From Macrostomum lignano (taxonomy: Eukaryota): a DNA stretch of 64,000 bases. Numbering within the stretch: the first letter of the stretch is position 1; the number at the start of each line of letters is the position of its first letter. The stretch lies in contig NIVC01001113.1 in NCBI GenBank assembly GCA_002269645.1, positions 248,001-312,000 of the forward strand, read 5' to 3'. The notes beneath the pieces were generated by a model. It had not been told where the DNA came from and made no database searches. It worked only from the letters and a program-made list of their open reading frames with translations. The translations under genes were made by a program, and so were the position numbers. Shown piece by piece: positions 10,887 to 23,791 of this stretch.

Positions 10887-11479
10887 AAGTGAAACTACAT
10901 ACTCGTTCCAATTCTTAGAACCACACCTCATCATCAAATACCACCGCTTGCACAGGCCCAGCAGGACCGTGCCCGTACGAATGACGGAGTGATGCGGCAG
11001 TTCAGTAGCACCTGCCAATTCGCTGATGCAATAAAAGCTGCCGCAGTCGGAACGCTGACACAGTGGCACAGTGACGGCGCTGGCGTCTCGCGACCTGGCG
11101 AGACAGGCGATCTGATGGCGGAGCTGCTGGCCGAGGAAACGCCGTCGGGTGCCGTTGCCACTGGCGCTGCCACATCCGCTGCTGCAACCGCCGTTACCGC
11201 CGCCACTTTAATTCCCGTTGCCGCCGCCACTGCAATGCCCGTTGCTGCCGCCACTGCAATGCCCGTTGCCGCTGGCGCTGCATCTTCAGCAGCAGCTGGC
11301 GCTGCATTCAGCAGCGTTAATGCAGCATGTAGAAGCACCAGAGGCCGAAATGGTTCCACTCATGCCGGGGCACCCGTTCAAGGTAGCAAAAATGGATTCG
11401 TGAATGCAATTGCAAAGTCCAATATCGCTCTGCAGCTCAAAATTCTTCCCCAGTTTTTCACTGGCAGTTTTTCAAAGCC

Positions 11480-12800
11480 TAAAAATGGGCAATGCATTGA
11501 CGATGCCATGCTTCGAGATCAGATAGTATATGGGGTTCATAATTCAGCACTCCGTGAACGGCTCCTTGAGGAAGAGAAGCTGACACTGAAAAAGGCAATC
11601 GTTCTGTGCCGTGCCACCGAAGCTTCAAAGATGCAAGCCAGGCAGATGACAGGTGTAAAGAGTGAAAACCGAAACTCTGTCAGTCGAATTGGTAAAGACC
11701 CTGATCACAAGTTGCAGCAATCAACCAGAGCCAAGTCCAAGTCTATCACACGAAAGGCTCCTACAGGACAACAGGCATGCAGATACTGCGGCAAGAATAC
11801 ACAGATTTGGTCACACCAACTGCAGTGCCTACGGCAAGATCTGCTTGAACTGTGGACAAAAGAACCATTTTAAGGCCATGTGCCGGAAAGAGAAAACAAA
11901 ACAATCGAAACATTCGTACAGTTGAAGATGAGCTTACTGACGTGACTGAAACATCGAATTCTTACCAAGCTGTTGCCTGGGATGTAAGTAAATATTCTAT
12001 AAATTCTAACAATGGAAATGAAGTGAAAGCCGTTTCAAGAACAGTTGTGTCGCTAGACACTGAATTTGGACACATCGTCAACTACAAAATTGATACCGGC
12101 GCTGATGTGAATATCATGTCCGAGAAACGCTTAAGAACAATCACAGACAACCCATTAGAAAAAGACCACACCAGACTATCAGTGTATAACAACCAGACGC
12201 TTAATGTGAAGGGCAAGAGTAAATTGCGACTCTCGCACAAAGACGCCGTGCATACAGCAGAAGTCACCATCATTGAGGAAGACAATACACCTCTAATAGC
12301 GACCGACACAGCTGAGAAATTAGGCCTGATTCAAATCCTCAACGTAACAAAGACTACAGATAAGAAGTGCTGACGGAATCAAAAATCTTTAAGGAATACA
12401 GCGATGTGTTCGAAGGAATTGGATGTCTGCCTGGAGCGCATCACATTTCATTGAGAGAAGGTGCAATACTGGAAGTCCAAGGCCTAAGGAAAGTCCCATT
12501 TGCGGCTATGAAGGCCCTGCGTGAAGAGCTTGACCGTTTGCAGAGCCAAGGAATAATAACGAAATGCGACCAGCCGGCAAATTGGGTGTCCAATGTTGTT
12601 ATCGTCTGGAAGAAGGATAACTCGATTAGACTGTGCTTAGATCCAAAGAATCTAAATGATGAAATCGATACCCCATTCCAACCTATGACGAGATGAGTAG
12701 CGAGATGACAGGAGCAAAATACTTCTAACGTTTGATGCTAAGTCTGACCTAAAGTTTATCCATCAAGTTCAGTTGGATCAAGAAAGTTCACTTCTTACTG
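11480..12800 (+). pseudogene. Ty3/Gypsy gag-protease-RT fragment
   Basis: MLRDQIVYGV..LRERLL..LTLKKA (gag); CRYCG..CLNCGQKNHFKAMC knuckles; KIDTGADVNIM (protease); VFEGIGCL..WVSNVVIV.KKDNSIRLCLDPKNLN (RT start); frameshifts; truncated. Confidence 0.9.
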
Positions 12801-14169
12801 AGTGTTATGATAAATGCCAAGTCATGTTTGCGAGCGAGCGAGAAAACTCTTAGACCCAGACACTGGGTAAACACCGATATATATTTTTGAGAACTTTACT
12901 GTACATAGAAAGGGTGGGGGCCAGTGTACACAGATGTACACGAAATTGCGAGAGTAAATATTAGTGCACACAAGCCACACACAACACTGAGTAGTAGGAG
13001 TTAGCAGAACACGGCCGCAGGAAATTCCGTGGAAATTCCGTCACTGGTTTACATACTGGAGAGATGGCTCCTAGAGCCCTGATCGCCTAAAACTTACAAG
13101 CCTTCACTGAGTACCAGGTATGGGGGAAGTATGAGCATTGCAACTACATGTATAGGATTTCATGTAAGCAAAAAGCAGCAGTAGGAGCAGAAAACGAGCA
13201 GGGCGTATGAATAAAATAAATAGTGGTGCTGTGCGTATACTGTGCATGTATATGGCTGTCTGACTTCTGAGATGGTAGAAATGCAACTGTTTTTTATCAT
13301 TTATGCATAGTAGAAGATACTGAAATTATAATAGGCTCGTATGCTTATAAGAATTTGTCAAATCGCAGTTTTTTGTTTGCTTACTCTTTCGGTCTGGAGC
13401 TTCTTTTTATCAAAGTATGGCTGTGCCTTCTTCAGAGATCAATCAAGTTGTAAACTGATTTAAGGTAGCCTTGAATTTCCGCCCCCCTCCAGATAACGCA
13501 TTGCAGCGAAGTGATATCGGTGTTGTCTGGCTGGCTCGATAGGGGCAATAAATTTTTGGACCATTACTGCTAACGATTATATTCCAAGTTGTTTTCGTCA
13601 TAAAGCAACGGTTTGTATTATGCATGCGTCGGCATAACGTTTTGAAAATGGATGAAATGGGCCCTTTCGTTTTTATAAGATAATTAAAACTTGAGGCCGA
13701 GGGTATACGGAGTCTACACTGGCTGCTTGTATTTACTTGTGAATAAAAGACCATTATAAACGTATAACGCTATGCATTGAACTGGATCCTATATAAGATC
13801 TGCTGGCCCGTTACTGCTGATAGTAAATTTGAAAAGAATATAAATAGAGAGGAGCAACAGCTGAAGATCAAGTAGCGATTATTAGTGAACAAGCTGTTGA
13901 AACCCGCGGAATTTGAACCCGGGGAATTCCAATCCCCGGAACTATTTTTGCATATATTCTGAAATCTGAGCCCATACTCAAACAAAAACTTGTTAGCTAA
14001 TAGTTAGTAGAATAGAGGTAAACAAAATGGAGTACATTCGCGTAAAATTAGGATTTGAGGCAAACATTGATATTGTTGGCTGCGGTGCTGGCTGGGGGGA
14101 GGGTGTGCTTTTACTTTAAATAGGCAATTAATGTCTGTCTGACTCTAAAACATGTATTGGCAAACTCTG

Positions 14170-15410
14170 GCCTCTGCCTCTGACTCTCCCTACGTCCCTT
14201 GGATCCTTTGAAGCTTCTATCTTCTCTTCTGTTTCCTCTCTTCTCTCTCGTCCCTTGTCTCTTTTCTCCTCTCTTCTCTTTTTTCTCTCTCCTCTCTCCC
14301 TTCTTCTCTCGTATCTTCCCATCTTCCCTCATTTCTCTTCTTTTTTATCTCTCTTATCTCATTTTTTCTTTTCTTTTCTCTTTCCTCTCCTCCCACTCTT
14401 CTCTCGTCTTTTCCTTCACCTCTCTTCTCTCTCGTCTTTATTTGCGCTCTGATCTCTCCTTTCTCTTCTCTCTCTTCTCTTTTATCTCTTTTCATTTCTC
14501 TCTGCTTCCCCCCTCTCTCTCTGCTTCCCCCTCTCTCTCTCTGCTTCCCCCCTCTCTCTCTGCTTCCCCCCTGTCTCTCTGCTTCCCCCTCTCTCTCTGC
14601 TTCCCCCCTCTCTCTTATCTCTCCTCTCTCATCTTTCTTCTCCTCTCTACTCGCTCCTCTACTCTCTCCTCTCTACTCGCTCCTCTACTCTCTCCTCTCT
14701 ACTCGCTCCTCTCTACTCGCTCCTCTCTACTCTTTCCTCTCTACTCGCTCCTCTACTCTCTCCTCTCCACTCGCTACTCTACTCTCTACTCTCTCCTCTC
14801 CACTCGCTACTCTACTCTCTACTCGCTCTTCTACTCTCTCCTCTCCACTCGCTACTCTACTCTCTCCTCTCTACTCGCTCCTCTACTCTCTCCCTCCATT
14901 CTCTTCTCTCGTCTTTGCACTCTGCTCTCTCTTCCTTCATCTTTCATCTCTACTCTTTCAGCTTTCCTTTCATCTCTCTCATCTCTACAATCTCATCTCT
15001 TTCCTCTTCCCTTTACTCTATCATCTCTACTTTCTCCTCTCTTCTTTCGCAACTCTATCTCATCTCTCTCCTCTCTTCTCACTCCTCTCTCCCCCTCTTA
15101 TCTCTTCTCTTCTTTATACTTTTTAATCGCTCCTCTCAATCCTCTCTCATCTCCTTTCTGTTCTCTTATGTCTACTCATCTCTACTCTCTACTCACTCTT
15201 CTCTACCCTCCTCTCTCATCGATTCTCTGTCTCATCTCTTAACCTCTACTCTTTCCTCTCCCTCCTCTATCCCTCCTTTCGCTTCTTCCTCCCATATTCT
15301 CTGCTTCTCCTCAACCCCTCGTCTCTCTTATTATATTCTATCTTTTCTCTGATCCTCTTCTCGCCCCTCCGCTCTTTTTAATAGTCTATTCCTTCTCCTT
15401 TTCACTCTCA
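14170..15410. repeat. ~1.2-kb polypyrimidine low-complexity / simple-repeat tract
   Basis: Almost only C/T on + strand; subunits CTCTCTCTGCTTCCCC and CTCTACTCGCTC. Confidence 0.95.
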
Positions 15411-16429
15411 TATGGCCAGCAGCCATAAGCTTGATTCTTTATCTGGTTTGTGGGACATAGTACTATCATGGTTGTTATCATTTCTCACGCTTTAATCACG
15501 TCATCTTTCTGGCCCTTTAGCAGCCCTGAGAGGAATTTGTGTATCTCCAGCTCCACCACCACAGTCTGCAGCAGTCTAACAACCAAGGAAATACGCATTT
15601 CTTAGGAGCCATTTAAATTTTAAAGTACCTTATGCTACCTTAATATTGAACTTTTCATGGTGTGCGTAACTAATTTAGTAGGATTGCATTGTAATCAGTT
15701 ATTCATTAATTTTTCGCTATTTTTACAAACCATCCCATATCGCCTTGATTTGCCATCCACTGTTAAACTGCTGCAGCCTGCAGACTGTCTATACAGAGGA
15801 CAGTGGTTTGAATCTCTCGCTAAACTGTCTCTCCTCTCCACGCCCCTCCACTCGCGGGGTGCAGAGAAGGCTATTAAAACGTTATTCCAAAACACTGTAC
15901 ATTCGCTATGTACATTGAGCCCTATCGCCTGACCCTTCGTCTGGGATGGCGCTGGGGAAGTGAGCAGCCCAAACAAAAAAAAGCAGACAAACTTCACATG
16001 CTTACAGTTTCCGTCCTGATTGAGATACAGAGTTGAGACTTTAGACAGAGAATGAGTCAATGAAGAATTGTGTCAAGTTTTAAGTTAATCGCTTCACATG
16101 GAGCAAACTTATGGCAGCTGAAAGTTAGTAGTTTTAAAACCTATTTACACCCTTTGCCTAGCAGATCGGGAAAGAGAGGCAGGCGGGTGGAGGTTGGGGT
16201 GGCTGTCTCGCTGACAAAAAACAGCCAAACTTTAAAAGTGCACAGCGCCGTTCAGGATTAACTTTGAGAATCGAAATTTTACACGATTGTGTCAAAATAG
16301 TTTAAGATTGTCTGTGTCAAATTTGAAGAGGATCGGTAGAAGTGGAGCGGCGCTATGGAGAATTTAGTGAAAAAATCGCGCATTTTGAGCAGTTTTTTGC
16401 ACTTTTAGATGGGAAGACTCAAATTTAGG

Positions 16430-16530
16430 AAATTTTAAGGTAGCCTATGACACTTTCCGTAAGGAATTTAGGGTGGGTGCAAAATTTGGTGTGAATTGGT
16501 AGAGCGGTTTGGGAGTCCATAGCGAAGTAA

Positions 16531-16568
<38 letters not shown>

Positions 16569-16589
16569 TTTGATTTTTATATGTAGAGA
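16430..16589 (-). mobile_element. Non-autonomous Helitron-like 5' terminal segment
   Basis: Minus strand reads A|TCTCTACATATAAAAATCAAAACTC(TG)n..GGACTCCCAAACCGCTCTACCAATT..AAATTT..GAAAGTGTCATAGGCTA, like DINE-1/Lep1-type 5' ends; 3' end not located. Confidence 0.45.
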
Positions 16590-16913
16590 TAATTTCAAAT
16601 TAGAATGTCGTCCGATTGGCAATACGAGGTGTGCATGACTTGTAAAAAATGAAAACAAGGTGGACTCCGACCGGATCGACATAAAAACTGCACGAACCTG
16701 ACGAAGTGGAGTGTGTGCTGGCAGTGCTCAAAAGTTTCTCTATATGAAGCGAAGAAGAAGAGCGCTAAGCAATCCAAGGCTCATCGGGATCACCAACTGC
16801 TACCTGGGACTAAAGACACAGCGCGATCTTTTCGACGAATGGTAATGGGAGCGGCGAGGCGACACATGGAGCATAAAACGGCGGAAGTGGCAGCAGCCAA
16901 GTAGCGATCGAGC

Positions 16914-17691
16914 GTGCTCAGTCAAGTAAGTAATGGTGTAATTCAAGCTCGAAACGACAGCCTAAGTTCCAGCGATGAGTTCTTAGACGTAAATACTAGA
17001 GAACCCTCGATACTTCCTCAGCCAAACAATGGAATGGAAACTGAGACAGCTGACGCAGTGCAAGCCATTGTACCTATTAGACGTGCTCCATCCATAAGAG
17101 GCAAGCAAATGGTTCAAATCGATAGTTCGGTGATTGAAGAAGAAGGCGACGAGATGGAGGAGGACATCGAACTTGACGGCTTTGCTTCTGCTGCTGCTGG
17201 TGCCCCGGTTGGCGCCGACTCTGCTGCTGCTGCTGGTGCCCCGGTTGGCGCCGACTCTGCTGCTGCTGCTGCTGGTGCCCCGGTTGGCGCCAACTCTGCT
17301 GCTGCTGCTGCTGCCCCGGTTGGCGCCGACTCTGCTGCTGCTGCTGGTGCCCCGGTTGGCGCCGACTGCTGCTGCTGCTGGTGCCCCGGTTGGCGCCGAC
17401 TCTGCTGCTGCTGCTGGTGCCCCGGTTGGCGCCGACTCTGCTGCTTCAACCAAAATTCCAGCCGCAGTTACTGATGAAGCTGTAACTGTTGCAAATGGTC
17501 ATGATGAGCTGAATGAGCTGCAAGCGTCCATCGACCTGCCAACGACGACGATGACGCCGGCAAATGTTGCTGATATTAATGAAAATGCTGGTGCCAACTA
17601 TTTTACTTTAAATCTGCTATTGCCGCACGTGAGTGGAGCTGGCTATGTTGTGCAAGTTGACGGTAATAGAATCACTCTTACCCCGATATAA
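16914..17691 (+). pseudogene. Acidic/Ala-rich ORF containing a 30-39-bp minisatellite (GAPVGADSAAAA, 17185-17445), one frameshift
   Basis: ORFs 16914 and 17134 join through a 2-nt deletion in the array near 17365; no family recognised. Confidence 0.4.
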
Positions 17692-19339
17692 CATGTGAAT
17701 GCTGACGCTCTATCCAGGATCCCTGATCCTCAACCGGAAGAGATGTCCCCACATGCCAGGTCGCTAAGCTGTAGGGCAACTGTGAATACAGACCCAGCAT
17801 CAGCTTTTACTGTCAGCTCAGGCAATTCCGCGTCTGCCGAAACCTGTAGCTCGAGCAGTGGAGTTCCGTCATGCTGTTCGTCACAAGACACTGTCACGAA
17901 CCGACAAAACACTCCGATCTTAAGTAGCAGTAGGCTAGACAATAGACAGGGACAGGAGCCTAAAACCGGAAATCCGCCTGCTTGCAATGCCCTGCTCAGT
18001 GACTATCTCCGTGGCCCAGTTCGCCGTGACCAATTGATCGCAGCACAGCTAGCCGATCCGGCGGTAGGCTTTGTTAATAATTTAATTGAGAGTGACTCGC
18101 CTAAACCGACACTTCAAGAACGACTAGAGTTAACCCACGACTGTAGGAACCTCTTAGGTTACTATGAGTTGCTCAGAATTGAGGACGGTGTACTCAAGGT
18201 AGACTTATCTATGGGGCAGACTGATCCAAAGGTAGTATTGCCCAAGTTTCTGGATAGTGAAGTCTTTCACCAATTCCATGATTCACCGTTAGCGGGACAC
18301 CTACGTCGAGACAAAACTTATCAGAGAATTAAAAATCGATTTTGGAGGCCAGGATTAGCAACAGCAGTTGAACGCTACGTAGCCAAATGTAAATCGTGCT
18401 TAGAAAGTAAGACTAGAAGAAGAATCAAGGCACCAATTCAGAACTATCCTGTAGTCGAACCGTTCGGTAGATTGCACATAGATCTGATAGGACCTATTGG
18501 CCAAACTAGCAAGGCAGGTAACAAATATGTACTTTCAGTCACAGATAGCACTAGCAAGTTTCCATTCGCATTCGCAATTAGAAATCAGGAGGCTAAAACA
18601 GTTATCAAAATTTTACAAGAGCGCGTTTTTGCTGATTTTGGGATTCCACAATGGATTCACACAGACCAGGGAACACAGTTCACTGGTAGGGCCTTTAAGA
18701 AATTTTTAGACCTCTATGGCATTAGACACACTTGAACCACTAGTTATCACCCGCAGAGCAATGGCTTAGTAGAAAACCTTAATAAGCAGATTAAATCAAT
18801 TCTCACCTGTTTACTGGAGAAGGAGCATTCCAACTGGGACGTTCTGTTGCCAGGATGCATAACAGCTCTGAGAACCAGCACACACACTGCCACAGGATTT
18901 AGTCCGCACTATTTAGTCTTTGGACGAGAGGCCAGAATGCCTTGTGACAATGAGCTGAACGAGCCGAAACAGTTCCAGGATTTACCATCTTATGTCCAGG
19001 AACATCAGCAGAATCTGCAGGAAGGCCAAGAACTAGCAAGAAAGAGATTAAAATTAGTGCAACAAAACCGTGAGCAGGAGTACTCTAATAAGCCTAAGCC
19101 GAAAACATTGCCTGTAGGAAGCTTAGTATTTATCGATAATCCAGTAATTGCTAACACAGAGGCTAACAAATTTCACAGAAAACAAAGGGCAGTTCAGGAA
19201 CTTGTAGAACAACTATCAGAAGTAGTCTTTAAGATCAGACCAGTTACCAAAAATAAGAAAGCTAGAAAGGAAGAACTTATCATGCATAGGGACAATTTAA
19301 TGAAAGTACCACAAGCAGAATATCAGGAAGAAGAAGCTA

Positions 19340-20338
19340 GTATTGGTTTTGACAATCAATATGAGAAAATGGACAATCAAAATGAAAACAGCCGTAGATC
19401 TGCATGCAGCAGCTCAGCTCAGCTTCGCAGCAGCTGCGGCTTAGGCCATAGACTTTTTGACGATCGAAATGAGAATTGGACAATCAAAATGGCAACTGAT
19501 TGTTCTGACTATGGATTTGAGGGCAGGAATGAGCGAATCCGAGGGCTGCGAAGCTGTTTCACGATTGGCCATAGACTAAAACAGCGGGCACGGAATGTCG
19601 TTGTGTGCCCGCTGCCCTGAGAATCGTGAGACAACGCGGGGTTAGTTTAGCGAGGCAGCACATTTAAGCATTAGCCAGCCATCTTTCTCAGCCATCTCTC
19701 CAGTTTGCTGGTGATGGCACCACCTGTGAGTCCAGATGACAGACGTCGGCTCATCGAGGCAATAGATCGAGGCACGCTGTGTCCATCCGCATTCTTCCGG
19801 GATATTCACCTTTTCTGAACCCTTCGGAATTCGCCAACAGTTGCCTCAAGGCCAAGATCAAAAGCAGACTGGCGCAGCCTGACATCGTTGAGGAAGAGGC
19901 AGTTGCCCCAGAAGGCGTGAACCAGGAAGAGTGGCGTTACATGCTGCTGGAGAGAGTGGCGCGTGAGTCATTGCCTGAAGCCGTGACTCCGGACAAGGCA
20001 GCTGCGTGGGAATTGCGCTGCTTCCGTCAGCTTGGACGCTGCCTTGCTGGGCAGGAGTTCTGAACCTATGCTGCTGGACTGCTGTGTTTCCATCATTTTT
20101 CTGACTGTGTTGCCATTTCTCTTGTCAATTTCTTGTTTCTATTGTTAAAATTTCATTCAAATAAACGCGCACACTGCTCCGGTTGCCATTTTGATTGTCC
20201 AATTCTCATTTCGATCGTCAAAAAGTCTATGGCCTAAGCCGCAGCTGCTGCGAAGCTGAGCTGAGCTGCTGCATGCAGATCTACGGCTGTTTTCATTTTG
20301 ATTGTCCATTTTCTCATATTGATTGTCAAAACCAATAC
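19340..20338 (+). mobile_element. Internally deleted IS630/Tc1-like element (999 bp)
   Basis: 157-bp near-perfect TIRs (19340-19496 / 20182-20338); TA TSD; remnant MAPPVSPDDRRRLIEAIDRG fused to ILPGYSPFLNPSE; excision restores EEEA|KPKEQ in the host frame. Confidence 0.93.
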
Positions 20339-20520
20339 TAAGCCAAAAGAGCAGAGGAAACAGTACAAAAGGGAACAGTTAGCCAATAGTCAGCCGAATG
20401 TGTACAATGACTCAGAAAGCGACGATGAGTACGAGGACGCAGTGCAGTTTATGCCAGTGCAACATCAAAACAATGAGCAGTATATGCCATTGCAAAATCA
20501 AATTAACGTGCAGAATCTGA

Positions 20521-22717
20521 TGTAACCGCCCTTGTCGCCTGTCCGCTCCGTAGAGAGACGAACGCATGACTAGAGGGGGCAATGACCGTAGGCTGCCTAT
20601 GACCGGGCAATGGCCTGACGGACCTCCAGCACCAGACTGTCCCGCCCACATGATTGATAGCTTTGGTAGCGCTTTGTGACCAGAGGGCCAAGGACCCACA
20701 TGGACCCCACCTGTAGCCAAGGTGCAATAGTTGGTCACTCGGTCATAGTATGACCGAGTGGCTGCCACCACTCTATGTGACCTGGCGCACCTGGATCTTT
20801 CTACCAGACCTCTCGAGGCTAGAGCCCCGCCTGGATTGGTTACCAGGAGATTTAGGCTAACAGGGGAGACACATGCAGCCGAGAACAGGGACTCTGCTTG
20901 GGGCATGATCGGGAACTCTGGGCTCAATCTGGAGGATTTCTCAGCAGGGGATCCTTTGTGGCTGTGAGCGAGGCTAACTTGCGACTTCGATTACTAAGAG
21001 TAGTATGAGGCGAACATGTACTGTCTATAGTTTAGATTGCTCAGGGCGAAGGGACGCGTCAGCATGGGGTTGCAACCTTCCTACTGCCATTCTGTGCCAA
21101 GACTCGCTAATCCATCTACTGCACGCACACGCGGCCCCGCAGCACGCACTCACAGGCGGGCTGTGCACGGGGAGAGGCCATTAGCTTACCCAGACTTCCT
21201 TATGCTTTGCCACCCCGGGAGAAAGGCTTAGCAAGCCATGAGTGAAATGATAGTGAAAGAGTGAATAATGATGGGGTTAGTTAATAGTTAATAATTAGGC
21301 CCTTAGGCAAATAATCAGGCAATTAGGCGGCTTCACTATTGAGTAAAATACAGCGAAAAGTTACGGCATCACAATTGGCTCAGCTCTCTAATCAGACAAT
21401 GGAAAATAGGCAAACCCCGGATAAGTAAAGGCGATTAGAGCACAAATTAGTAACAGGAACTTACCGGCAGCTGCAAAGAGAGAGAGAGACGGAGTGACCG
21501 AGGGCGGCTGTAGGCTGCAGTCAGGCAGACAGTGAAGCGGCGATGCGCTGAAGCGACGAGGCGCTGATGTAGATCAGGCGATGCTGATGATGCTGGGCGG
21601 TTTCAGACCGCTGGCCCATAGGCGAGCTCACTTGGGGAGCTAAGGATAACTTGGCGGTAACAGACCGCGGACCGGCAGGGATTCGTCTTATAGACGAATG
21701 GGTCAGAACTCAGTCTGACAGCAAGTCCAAAGAAGGACGAGGAGCCGAAAAGTTGAGGATTCTCATGCCGAAATCGCTTCCTTTTATAGACCTCACAGCC
21801 GCCTCCTCAAGGTCGTTACCATGGCTCCCTCTCTCTGATTGGCTGCCGGCAAAATGACGTCAGAATGAGTCATGATGAGAAGCATGAGACCGGCATAGCA
21901 ACATGAGAAATCGGGAAATTGCGCAATCCGGAGGTGGGGTGGGGGGATAATTGGCGCAGCGGGTGGTCGCGAAAGTGTTGCGCAAGCAAACATTGAGAAC
22001 AATAGGGCTGGGGTCGAGAACAAAGGAATTGGAAATCGGGGATAATTGGGGAAAACTGAGAACAATGGAAAAGTAAACATTGGGGAAAAGGTGATAATTA
22101 GGTGCGAAAACGAGAACAAAAGAAAGAGAAAGTCGGAGAAAATGTGATAATTGGTGGGGGTCGAGAGAACAAAAGAATCAAAAACGAGAACAATAGAAGC
22201 GGAGGTGGGGTGGGTGTCGCATGAGAAATTTGGGAAGGAGAACAATAGCGTGAGAAAAGGTTGCGCAAGAGAGGCGGATGAGTCATCGATGAGTCACCGA
22301 GGGGGAGAAGGGGTCACACTACTTGCGTCACCGTTTGGGAGTTTGAGAGGGGATGGGGAGACGGTGAGCACACAAAATACTGTAAGTAGACACAGGGAAA
22401 GAGGGGACAGCGCAGGAAAAGAGTGCAGAGGGAGACAAAAAGAGGGGAGATAGGGAAAGTACAGGAAGAATAGGGCGGAAAACAGAAGAGAAGGGTAGAG
22501 GGGGAGGTACAGAAAGGGGTAGGGAGCTCCGGAAAGGCAGGTGTGGCGGCAGGGGAGATGGAACCAAGGCAGCAGGAGGGGTGCAGCAGAGCGGGAGTCT
22601 CCAGGCCTTGTCGGAGACCTGGCCGAGTCTCGACGGCTCTGTGCAGGGGGTGCACGGGATAGGAGGCACTTTCGAAAAAGTTCCCATGCCCTATCCCGCG
22701 ACCAGAGCGTGGTTACA
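20521..22717. mobile_element. Solo-LTR-like insertion (2.2 kb)
   Basis: Termini TGTAACC...GGTTACA; degenerate 5-bp TSD TCTGA/TCAAA; removal with one TSD restores the host frame (QNLMKIMPDQQ); no TE protein motifs inside. Confidence 0.6.
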
Positions 22718-22970
22718 TCAAATGAAAATAATGCCAGATCAACAAGTGCAGCATCAAAATAATAATCAAAATAATCTAATATGTGTACAAGGAGTTATGT
22801 CGGTACAACTAAATAACAATAATAATCTAAGGATTAACTTAGAAGCTAGACCAGCGAGAGAGCGTCATGCTCCAGATAGATTAACAACAGGCCGAACCAG
22901 AAGAGTTATGTGCAGAGGATAATGGAGTTGTTAAACCCATTTAACCTCTTGCAGCCCAAACTTAACTAAA

Positions 22971-23791
22971 ATGGCCGAAGCCCCTCTCCAGACCCCACTA
23001 AAAAGATTTATGGAGCTAAGCGGACTCGTGGAGAGGAGGTTGAAAATCAGGCCCCACAGATGAAGGTTGCCAAAATAAAAGAAGAGCCGGTGACCCCTCC
23101 AATTGACCCGCACGAGCTGGACGAAGGAGAGTTGCACCGTAACTTAGTGATCGACGTAGACCTCGCCGCACTGGCTGAGGCTACCCGCCAAGAAGATTTG
23201 AAAAGGGAATTGGACCTCTTCATGGACGATTTGGTCCGACACGTTGAGAACGAAGATTCGGAGTTGAAAAAAGGTCCGACGGAAGTGGCCCGGCCAACGG
23301 AGGAGAGCACGGAGGACCAGGCTGGCTCAAGCGCGCCGGCAGCAGCCGCTGAAGCGCTACCCCAGATACAGTTGCTGCCGAGTCCATTCGGTCCCCTCCG
23401 ACCTCCCGGATCGATCAGCAAGCTAGAGAGGCCCGAGCCACCGAGGCGCGACGAGGTAGAATTCGCCAGGAAGTTTAAAGCCAGTGCTAAGGCTCTTAAG
23501 AAGATGCTATTGGCTGTGGGAAAGGCCGGACAGTGAAACTACGAACTGCCCACTGAATGCCTGGCCTTCCTGTCTGAGGCGACGGATGAGAAAGCGAAGA
23601 CCAACCTGGAGGTAACGACCACCTATGTGTTGCAAGAGGCCGAGAGACGAGCCGGAGGGCCGTGGAAGGAAAGGATTATGTTCGAGGTGCTGGACGACGT
23701 TCGCAGGCGATTCCGGGCCGATTGCATACCTATAAACGGCTTAATGTATTCGTTCGTCCCGCAGCGCTGCCGACGACCCAAAGACGAGTAG
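22971..23791 (+). pseudogene. Additional ORF between Gypsy pol and the PPT (unknown protein, one frameshift, one stop)
   Basis: MAEAPLQTP.. joins ORF 23060-23536 and continues after TGA 23534 to TAG 23789; followed by AT-rich UTR and PPT. Confidence 0.5.

Larger units (their letters stand above)
17692..22922 (+). pseudogene. Ty3/Gypsy pol 3' half (RNase H end, integrase, C-terminal tail) with two nested insertions
   Basis: NADALSR; H..AGH..CKSC; HIDLIGP, TDQGTQF, (stop 18733) YHPQSNGLVE; tail resumes at 20339 and 22723 and ends RPARERHAPDRL. Confidence 0.9.

Noticed and set aside
14199-15352. Leu/Ser/Phe-rich ORFs
   Set aside because: Translations of the CT-rich repeat
16248-16260. CACAGCG as an RSS heptamer or Transib terminus
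   Set aside because: No nonamer at 12/23 spacing and no inverted partner with a 5-bp TSD found
21580-21630. CTGATGA as a hammerhead ribozyme core (also at 47371, 53243)
   Set aside because: No GAAA closing stem II and no stem III/UH site
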